Source of the DNA: a virus
Taxonomy: Duplodnaviria; Heunggongvirae; Uroviricota; Caudoviricetes
Virus record (IMG/VR): IMGVR_UViG_2706794662_000018
Direction: 5' to 3' (one strand)
Length of the DNA stretch: 16,525 nt
Each line of letters starts with the position of its first letter. Within the stretch, counting starts at the first letter, position 1. Positions 1 through 9,982 of the stretch are shown piece by piece. The notes under the pieces are model-generated. The model was given only the letters and a program-made list of their open reading frames with translations, did no database searches and was not told the origin of the DNA. Both the position numbers and the translations under genes were made by a program.

Positions 1-795
1 TCATAGAATAGGAGAGTAAATTTCCACCTCAGGGTAATAAGCTCTAAGGTAATTTATAAGACCTTCATAAGCATTAAGAAGAGATATTTTATGTGAAATC
101 AAATCTTGTTCTATTATCAGTGCTTTATCGGATGGTAGCTCATCATAATTGAAATGACAAAGAAGATTATGATTCGCACCACCAAACACCTGAATGTTTC
201 TATTATCGGAAATCGGCAAATGTCCAGATATGATAAAATCAATATTTTTATACGAATCAATAAAACTTTGGAAATGACCGTGGAGTAATTTATCATTTAA
301 AGGATAGCTCGCTGGAAAATCCCTTAAAATACTATCAAACTGATCTCCAAAAATAAGAAGATTGATGTGAAAAGAATTAGGTAAAGTTTCAACTAATGAA
401 CGTACCCTCGCAAACGGTGTAAAGTGGAAGTAAGCGTTTAAAAAGTCCACATCTGACTGTCTTTTTTTATCTGAAAATAATGTATTATCGGTTGCACCCT
501 GTATATAAGCCTCATGTTCACTTTTGATTTGATGCAATTTTTCTACTGTATAAGTGAATGGATCTCTATCAACAAGAATATGATCATTTGCACAAAGCAG
601 GATAAGATTTTCATAAGAATTGTCATTTGCTAACAGGTCATCGCCCCTTGGTCCTTTTGGGCTTTTGGCTATTACATGAGCCATTTGTCCGATGTGAACC
701 TGCTCTTTAAAAAGAGAAGTTCGGCAAATATTACATTGCCCAGCGGATAGTCCATACAATTTTTTTATTGCTGCTGTAGTAATTGCATCACTCAT
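1..795 (-). CDS. HNH endonuclease-domain protein with uncharacterised C-terminal domain
   Basis: Complete ORF: ATG at 795..793, TGA at 3..1. AAGGA Shine-Dalgarno 8-9 nt upstream. N-terminal ~90 aa carries CNIC ... AHVIAKSPKGPRG ... NLILLCANDH, the canonical HNH zinc-finger nuclease signature. The C-terminal ~170 aa matches nothing I recognise. Confidence 0.75.
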   Translation of the reverse strand: MSDAITTAAIKKLYGLSAGQCNICRTSLFKEQVHIGQMAHVIAKSPKGPRGDDLLANDNSYENLILLCANDHILVDRDPFTYTVEKLHQIKSEHEAYIQGATDNTLFSDKKRQSDVDFLNAYFHFTPFARVRSLVETLPNSFHINLLIFGDQFDSILRDFPASYPLNDKLLHGHFQSFIDSYKNIDFIISGHLPISDNRNIQVFGGANHNLLCHFNYDELPSDKALIIEQDLISHKISLLNAYEGLINYLRAYYPEVEIYSPIL

Positions 796-855
796 AAATC
801 AAATCCTTAGATTGCTATTTTATTAACTCAAAACACATATTAAAGGAAAAATCTT

Positions 856-1149
856 TCAGCTTCCACCAACCATAATCAATAGCACTTGCAAAAGTTGTCC
901 TAATGGAACTTGGATCACAATAATTCCAAAAGCATCAAGTACTGGTACTATGATCCAGTTATAGAGAATGATAAGGGTTAGTACAAAACCGAGGGCATTA
1001 CGCCAGTGGAATGTTACCTTTTCAATCTCTTCTTTATTCGTTTCAATCTGCCCTTCTACATTCGTTTTCTTTACTTCCTGTTCAATAGTTTTCTTCTTAA
1101 TGAAAAAATCCAATCCTGACTTCAGAAACTCAATCAATATACTAATCAT
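856..1149 (-). CDS. small membrane protein with two predicted C-terminal transmembrane helices (function unknown; holin-like or exclusion factor possible)
   Basis: ATG at 1149..1147 overlaps the upstream stop in an ATGA arrangement. Charged K/E-rich N-terminal 45 aa, then two hydrophobic stretches (ALGFVLTLIILYNWIIVPVL and IIVIQVPLGQLLQVLLIMVGG). No homologue recognised. Confidence 0.45.
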   Translation of the reverse strand: MISILIEFLKSGLDFFIKKKTIEQEVKKTNVEGQIETNKEEIEKVTFHWRNALGFVLTLIILYNWIIVPVLDAFGIIVIQVPLGQLLQVLLIMVGGS

Positions 1150-1457
1150 TCAATAATCCCCACGGCATATACCCAAAAATGTTTACCCTTCACAAAGAGC
1201 TTTTTACTCTCAATTAGAAATACAGGCATCTTTTCACCCTGTAATTCCCATTCAAGTACTTCACCAACTTTGAAATCTTTCTTCTTCTCATAAATAACGT
1301 TCATATAGCTATCAATCTGATAATTACTTTTCTTAACGACCTTTTGAAATTTCTTATCAAGAAAACATTTGTTAATTGGCATACTATTACCATCTGGTGT
1401 CATGCCATTTAGCTTAATCTTGCTTATTAAATCACCATAATGTTGCTCAAAATTCAT
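1146..1457 (-). CDS. hypothetical protein
   Basis: 103-aa ORF with ATG start. Start and stop overlap both neighbours by 4 nt, suggesting translational coupling within an operon. No recognisable motif. Confidence 0.4.
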   Translation of the reverse strand: MNFEQHYGDLISKIKLNGMTPDGNSMPINKCFLDKKFQKVVKKSNYQIDSYMNVIYEKKKDFKVGEVLEWELQGEKMPVFLIESKKLFVKGKHFWVYAVGIIE

Positions 1458-2032
1458 TGTCTACTTATCCTGAATGTTCCCTGAATACCGCTCATAATTA
1501 CCCTTACACCATCATTGGCTTCCTTATAGAAGTCATAGATAAGGCGACGTTGTTTCTTCTCACGTAAGCCAATTACACGTTTGGTTTTCTTCTTGGTATC
1601 TTTCTTTGCGGTATCAATTAATCGTTCTTTACCATTCTTACCCTTCACTACCTTATATCGTTCACTTAAAAGATTCTTTTTCAGTCCTGAAATGTTGCCC
1701 TGCTTAGTTAATCTTGTAGATGAAGTAGGTATAAACTTATCAATTGCCTTTGGCTGTACCAGTACTTGATAAAGGTACTTAGCCTGAATATCTTTAACCA
1801 TGATGGTCGATGTAACTGAATTTCTCCCAACCTTTCTATAGAAGAAAAGGATGGAACGTTGAGTAAAGCCCACTGCCCCACGGTCAACGCTATTATTCAA
1901 ATCACCCTGCATTCTTTGGGATAGTAGCTTGGAACGTTTAATTATTTCATTCTGGAATTGATTATTTAATCTAACTCCCTGCGTTTGTATATAGTTCCTT
2001 ATACTACCAATCCCATTTATTCCACTTGCCAT
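1454..2032 (-). CDS. hypothetical basic (Lys/Arg-rich) protein
   Basis: 192-aa ORF, ATG at 2032..2030 with GAGGT Shine-Dalgarno 6 nt upstream. Strongly basic C-terminal half (KGKNGKERLIDTAKKDTKKKTKRVIGLREKKQRR). No family recognised. Confidence 0.45.
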   Translation of the reverse strand: MASGINGIGSIRNYIQTQGVRLNNQFQNEIIKRSKLLSQRMQGDLNNSVDRGAVGFTQRSILFFYRKVGRNSVTSTIMVKDIQAKYLYQVLVQPKAIDKFIPTSSTRLTKQGNISGLKKNLLSERYKVVKGKNGKERLIDTAKKDTKKKTKRVIGLREKKQRRLIYDFYKEANDGVRVIMSGIQGTFRISRQ

Positions 2033-2041
2033 ATATTTACC

Positions 2042-2476
2042 TCAATTCAAGTACTCCAATAGTTCCTGTACTATTCCGAGTAGTCTTTTTTTATCCTTTG
2101 CATTTGGTGATCTAATCTTACTCATCATTGCCAGATTCAAACATTCCGGTTTAAGCATCTGATGAAGGATCAGTATTGCCTCTACAATCATTACCTCTCG
2201 CATAGTTGCGAAGCACCATAGAATCGTTTTTGAGTACTGTTCACCATTTTCAATTTTGTTTTTAACGACATTGGAACTACTGAGGTACTCACGCCAGCCA
2301 TTTTCCTTTGAAGTGGGCTTTAGCTTTCTCGCATCCTTAACCCGCTGATAGATTTGCTTAGCACCGACATAATTAGAACCATCCTCAAACTGAAAGATAT
2401 AAACGAAACCAGCATATTCACCGGATAACATTTCCTCCTCGCTCCAATCATCCGAGTATTTCCATTCACTCATCAT
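2042..2476 (-). CDS. GIY-YIG-like nuclease domain protein (tentative)
   Basis: 144-aa ORF starting ATGATG, AGGA Shine-Dalgarno upstream. Segment GFVYIFQFEDGSNYVGAKQ ... R fits the GIY-(10-11 aa)-YIG pattern followed by a conserved Arg, as in I-TevI and T4 Seg proteins. Motif-level only. Confidence 0.45.
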   Translation of the reverse strand: MMSEWKYSDDWSEEEMLSGEYAGFVYIFQFEDGSNYVGAKQIYQRVKDARKLKPTSKENGWREYLSSSNVVKNKIENGEQYSKTILWCFATMREVMIVEAILILHQMLKPECLNLAMMSKIRSPNAKDKKRLLGIVQELLEYLN

Positions 2477-2483
2477 AAATATT

Positions 2484-2502
2484 CCTATAAATTCATTATA
2501 GG
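2484..2502. promoter_or_regulatory. inverted repeat cctataa-N5-ttatagg in the 36-bp divergent intergenic region (candidate operator or promoter element)
   Basis: Perfect 7-bp arms with a 5-bp spacer, lying between the divergent start codons at 2476 (minus) and 2513 (plus). It overlaps a TATAAA-like sequence. Confidence 0.3.
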
Positions 2503-2512
2503 TATTTAGTAA

Positions 2513-2962
2513 ATGAGCGATTTAAAAACACGATTAAAAGAATATGAAGGTACTAAAGAGTATCAGGCAAATTTGAAGTACTTCAGAAATGGGAAATTCT
2601 ATCCATATGCTGATAGTTTAGGATGTAGTACTATTGGATATGGTCACTTAATTCAGGCGGGAGAAGATTTTAGTACTGGCATTACTGAAAGCGAAGCAGA
2701 CAAGTTACTATCTCGCGATTTAGCCAAAACAATTATGCAGGTACAGACATTAGGGTTAAATCTTCCCGATGACTGGAATGATTTTATTATTATCATGACC
2801 TTCCAGTTAGGTATTGGCGGGGTGAAGAAATTCCGTAAGATGTTAGCAGCCCTGAAAGCACATGATTACCTTGAAGCAATTAAACAGGCTAAGTGTTCTC
2901 TATGGTACAGGCAGACACCAAACCGTGTGAATTCCATGATTGCAGTACTTAAAAACAAATAA
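2513..2962 (+). CDS. endolysin, T4-type lysozyme (glycoside hydrolase family 24)
   Basis: 149-aa ORF, ATG start, TAA stop. Matches remembered T4/P22 lysozyme motifs: catalytic-region YEG ... YADSLG ... STIGYGH, then ITESEADKLLSRDL and CSLWYRQTPNRVNSMIAVL (T4: ITKDEAEKLFNQDV, SRWYNQTPNRAKRVITTF). No N-terminal hydrophobic SAR segment, so a holin is presumably required. Confidence 0.9.
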   Translation: MSDLKTRLKEYEGTKEYQANLKYFRNGKFYPYADSLGCSTIGYGHLIQAGEDFSTGITESEADKLLSRDLAKTIMQVQTLGLNLPDDWNDFIIIMTFQLGIGGVKKFRKMLAALKAHDYLEAIKQAKCSLWYRQTPNRVNSMIAVLKNK

Positions 2963-2968
2963 AGAAAA

Positions 2969-3002
2969 GGCATAGTACGAATGACATACTATGCCTTTTT
3001 TT
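2969..3002. terminator. bidirectional rho-independent terminator
   Basis: Perfect 9-bp stem ggcatagta (2969..2977) / tactatgcc (2987..2995) with a 9-nt loop. An A-run lies upstream and a T7 run at 2996..3002. It sits between the convergent endolysin (+) and the 3001..4029 gene (-). Confidence 0.65.
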
Positions 3003-4029
3003 ATGGTCGTTGTTTCTGCTGAAGAATTGCAATAATCCTTTCAATCTTAACATCAAGTTCATGGATTTGTGTTTCCAGTTTACTTAGTGTATCTCTCATC
3101 TTATCCTGATCATCCTCAATACGGGAAATACTACTTTCCAGTACAGCAATGGTAGTTTCAAGAGTAGCAACGCGAGTTAATAGATCATTCGTATCCTTTG
3201 TATTATCTCTAAAGATAGTATAAAGGAATACGCATCCAGAAATAACAANNNNNNNNNNNNNNNNNNNNNNNNNNNNNNNNNNNNNNNNNNNNNNNNNNNN
3301 NNNNNNNNNNNNNNNNNNNNNNNNNNNNNNNNNNNNNNNNNNNNNNNNNNNNNNNNNNNNNNNNNNNNNNNNNNNNNNNNNNNNNNNNNNNNNNNNNNNN
3401 NNNNNNNNNNNNNNNNNNNNNNNNNNNNNNNNNNNNNNNNNNNNNNNNNNNNNNNNNNNNNNNNNNNNNNNNNNNNNNNNNNNNNNNNNNNNNNNNNNNN
3501 NNNNNNNNNNNNNNNNNNNNNNNNNNNNNNNTGATATGTTCCCCGGACATTGTGACCAGCAGAACCAGGGATCAGCTACTGGAGACGTTACCGTAATGGC
3601 AGTACTGAGATCGGTAGCCGCAGGTGCTGTCAAAAATCCCCTGATACGTGGCATTGTTGCCGCTGATGCAGCAGACCAGATTAAAGTACCTTCTTCACTG
3701 AACACATCAAGAAAACCAGATGTGGGGGTAGCCGTGTGACTACTTGTCATGAACCTGCCCATGCCAGGCTGGAACATATAGGCACCAGGGAAACACCATG
3801 CCCCGTCTTTCTGTATCTGGAACCAGTACTGTGTTGTGTTCCTGTTAGCTACTACTGATGGCATAACGAAACCGAGCGATCCACCATTACCGAAGGCACA
3901 GGTAAAGCCTGTGTAGTATCCCGTATCAGTTAGATTTCCCATGGCCTTTACTGCACCCGTCATTATCGACTTGTTAGTACTATCTATAGTCAGTGCACCC
4001 GCTGAATTATATACCTCGAAACCTGCCAT
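3001..4029 (-). CDS. hypothetical tail-associated protein, paralogous at its N-terminus to the upstream 98-aa protein; continuity across the N run unverifiable
   Basis: ATG at 4029..4027, one nt after the upstream TAA. The N-terminal 166 aa are aromatic/Gly-rich. After the 283-nt N run the frame continues into a short hydrophobic segment (VISGCVFLYTIF) plus heptad-like coiled coil ending at 3001. The gap could hide a stop and a new start. Confidence 0.4.
   Translation of the reverse strand: MAGFEVYNSAGALTIDSTNKSIMTGAVKAMGNLTDTGYYTGFTCAFGNGGSLGFVMPSVVANRNTTQYWFQIQKDGAWCFPGAYMFQPGMGRFMTSSHTATPTSGFLDVFSEEGTLIWSAASAATMPRIRGFLTAPAATDLSTAITVTSPVADPWFCWSQCPGNISXXXXXXXXXXXXXXXXXXXXXXXXXXXXXXXXXXXXXXXXXXXXXXXXXXXXXXXXXXXXXXXXXXXXXXXXXXXXXXXXXXXXXXXXXXXXXXXVISGCVFLYTIFRDNTKDTNDLLTRVATLETTIAVLESSISRIEDDQDKMRDTLSKLETQIHELDVKIERIIAILQQKQRP
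3249..3531. other. run of N (masked or unsequenced), 283 nt
   Basis: Literal n characters in the sequence. Confidence 1.
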
Positions 4030-4030
4030 C

Positions 4031-4327
4031 TTACGCCGTCCACTTATATACGTTAAAAGTGTAGTTACCAGCTAACGGTGCATATGTTGGCAAATAAACC
4101 GCAGTAAATGACCCATTATTACAAAAGGCTGACCACTCATTAAAGGTATCACTGGCGGGGGCATAGTGTACAAACCAGCCTGTAGTTTTCATATTTGGTA
4201 CTGATACAGTATAGGTCTGTGCAGAAGTAGCCTTGACAGTATAAGTACCCATAAAACGTATGTTATAATCAGTCAGATCTACTACTAATACACCCGCTGC
4301 ATTCCAACATTGTAATCCCTGTGCCAT
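4031..4327 (-). CDS. hypothetical small tail-associated protein (candidate receptor-binding or fibre accessory protein)
   Basis: 98-aa ORF, ATG at 4327..4325 with AGGAG Shine-Dalgarno about 9 nt upstream. N-terminus MAQGLQCWNAAGVLVVDLTD parallels MAGFEVYNSAGALTIDSTN of the next gene. Aromatic-rich. Confidence 0.45.
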   Translation of the reverse strand: MAQGLQCWNAAGVLVVDLTDYNIRFMGTYTVKATSAQTYTVSVPNMKTTGWFVHYAPASDTFNEWSAFCNNGSFTAVYLPTYAPLAGNYTFNVYKWTA

Positions 4328-4484
4328 AGCTCTTACTCCTGTAAATCCTTTTCTTCATTCCAATTGTTTCTTTTCCGCTAATACTGAATGGGTTAGTACT
4401 GGTACTATTGAAAGTACGTTCATTAGATTTCATTTATGTATCCTTTTGAAATGAGGTTACAGTTAATAATCCCTGAATTATTTA

Positions 4485-8210
<3,726 letters not shown>

Positions 8211-8211
<1 letters not shown>

Positions 8212-9398
8212 TACTTGTATTTCCAGTTCTGATTTTGATTAACTTGACCTAACAGACTAAAGTACTCATCATTTCTATAGTAAGATTGATATACTGAGTT
8301 GGCGGCAATTAATGCAGGTTGTCTGTCTAATTTCTTATAGACAGAATTCACATATATAGTCATTTCGTTTTGCTTCTGATTTGGATCAGTTACTGCCTGT
8401 ACATAGTCAATAAACCCCGTAAACATGAGCATTGAATCAATTACAGTACTATCATATGGATTGAGAATTACTAACTTGATATTCATCTGTGCATCTTTCA
8501 AGAAACCACCAAGGGCAAGAGCACGAACCGAGGCGTTTACATTGCTAATTTTAAAATTGATAGCATCATTAGACATGCCCTTTTGTTCAGAATATGAAGG
8601 TAATGAACCACTGATAATGTCGGGGAAACTTATGTACTTATAACCATCCAGATCTATATCAATTAGTGAATCCGTCCAGTGAAAACCATTAGTACCTTTT
8701 GGTAGTACATCAAAACAAGTAACATTAACGCCTAAGCTCATAATTTCNNNNNNNNNNNNNNNNNNNNNNNNNNNNNNNNNNNNNNNNNNNNNNNNNNNNN
8801 NNNNNNNNNNNNNNNNNNNNNNNNNNNNNNNNNNNNNNNNNNNNNNNNNNNNNNNNNNNNNNNNNNNNNNNNNNNNNNNNNNNNNNNNNNNNNNNNNNNN
8901 NNNNNNNNNNNNNNNNNNNNNNNNNNNNNNNNNNNNNNNNNNNNNNNNNNNNNNNNNNNNNNNNNNNNNNNNNNNNNNNNNNNNNNNNNNNNNNNNNNNN
9001 NNNNAAGTACTGGTACGTTCTACGATTCGATATAGCTTATTGTGATTGGAAAACTGTACCCACTCACCCACAGCTAATGTGTTAGTACTGATAGGTACAA
9101 CCATATTACCCGGTTTAGTGAGAGCAGTAGCGGTTACTGCACCAGTCTGTTTACCGTAATATGTACCTGCAAGCCCCAATGACATAGTGAAAGGTTTGCC
9201 CTGTGCATATTGAGCTAAAAAGCTATTCACTTCATTTAGTGATGCAGGATTAAAATTAAGGGTGAACTGAATTTGATAGTATTGAATTCCAGTACTTCTC
9301 ATGATACGTTGACCTGTCCATGTTTGATTAGAATAGATCGGTTCAGTACTTTTAATTTGAAAGTTCGTTACTTTTATTTGATTTGAAAAGGATGCCAT
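8211..9398 (-). CDS. minor tail protein(s), gpM-like N-terminal part and gpL-like C-terminal part; may be two genes separated inside the N run
   Basis: ATG at 9398..9396. The 131 aa before the gap loosely resemble lambda gpM; the 178 aa after it loosely resemble gpL. Position directly downstream of the tape measure gene is as in lambda. The 257-nt N run could hide a stop and restart. Confidence 0.45.
8748..9004. other. run of N (masked or unsequenced), 257 nt
   Basis: Literal n characters. Confidence 1.
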
Positions 9399-9498
9399 TT
9401 TGTTACCTCGAATATCTTCTTTCTTTATTTATTTAAAAACCTCGATTCGTATTTTTTTTAACAGGCTTGATTGGCAGGCTGCATCCGTCATCGTTGCT

Positions 9499-9972
9499 AT
9501 GTTGTTATTTGCAGGCCAAATAGGCTATAACGCATATGATAAATGGAAAGAAAGTTCAGATGATGTTTTTAAGATGCGTGTAATCTTATTGAGCGAAATC
9601 AACAATAACCTTTTAGCTCTTGCTACTGGTGGCGATGAGTCTCAGGTGTTAGGCACATATGAAATATGTATTCCTCTTCCAACTGAAGATACAGAAGCTA
9701 TTAAAAGAGTAGCAACTGCCGTTTCTTATTTGCATGATGATGTATATTATTCCCAATTAGAAAAATTAGCATCACTCCCAAAAAAAGAAGTAGATGCCAT
9801 CGTAAAGAGTTATTATTCATTATCGAGATTACGTACTCTTTCAACACAGCTTGCATACAATATTAAATACTCACCACCTAAAGTTAAATTATTGCGGGAA
9901 GAGTATTACAATCTCTATACCCTTTCATCTTCTCTTTCACAATATTTGTCTTATCACACGGAAAATCCCTAA
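9499..9972 (+). CDS. hypothetical protein encoded opposite to the tail operon (moron-like), start uncertain
   Basis: Plus-strand frame open from 9400 to TAA at 9970..9972. First ATG is at 9499; the only in-frame upstream start is TTG at 9400. The TTG start would add a hydrophobic helix (WQAASVIVAMLLFAGQIGY). No strong Shine-Dalgarno at either. It converges on the tape measure gene with a 10-bp gap and is visibly more AT-rich than its neighbours. Confidence 0.45.
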   Translation: MLLFAGQIGYNAYDKWKESSDDVFKMRVILLSEINNNLLALATGGDESQVLGTYEICIPLPTEDTEAIKRVATAVSYLHDDVYYSQLEKLASLPKKEVDAIVKSYYSLSRLRTLSTQLAYNIKYSPPKVKLLREEYYNLYTLSSSLSQYLSYHTENP

Positions 9973-9982
9973 CTGGGCTTTC

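Noticed and set aside
968-1156. Plus-strand 62-aa ORF overlapping the small membrane-protein gene
   Set aside because: Antisense shadow of a better-supported minus-strand gene, with no ribosome-binding site and a low-complexity translation. The same reasoning applies to the other short plus-strand ORFs embedded in minus-strand genes (1581..1769, 3536..3739, 5227..5421, 5842..6048, 7937..8176, 8425..8643, 9851..10123, 10029..10229, 10939..11145, 12810..13067, 13251..13442).
3209-3550. ORFs consisting almost entirely of X residues
   Set aside because: Artefacts of translating N runs. The same applies to 6986..7309 and 6989..7363.
4269-4433. Unlisted 54-aa minus-strand ORF in the J-to-98-aa intergenic region, with an AAGGA Shine-Dalgarno 7-8 nt upstream of its ATG
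   Set aside because: It overlaps the first 59 nt of the 98-aa gene in a different frame and its translation has no recognisable features. Possibly a real small protein, but not supportable from sequence alone.
9400-9498. TTG at 9400 as the start of the plus-strand moron
   Set aside because: It begins 2 nt from the start codon of the divergent minus-strand gene and has no Shine-Dalgarno, so the first ATG at 9499 was used for the feature. The TTG start is kept as a possibility because it would add an N-terminal membrane helix.
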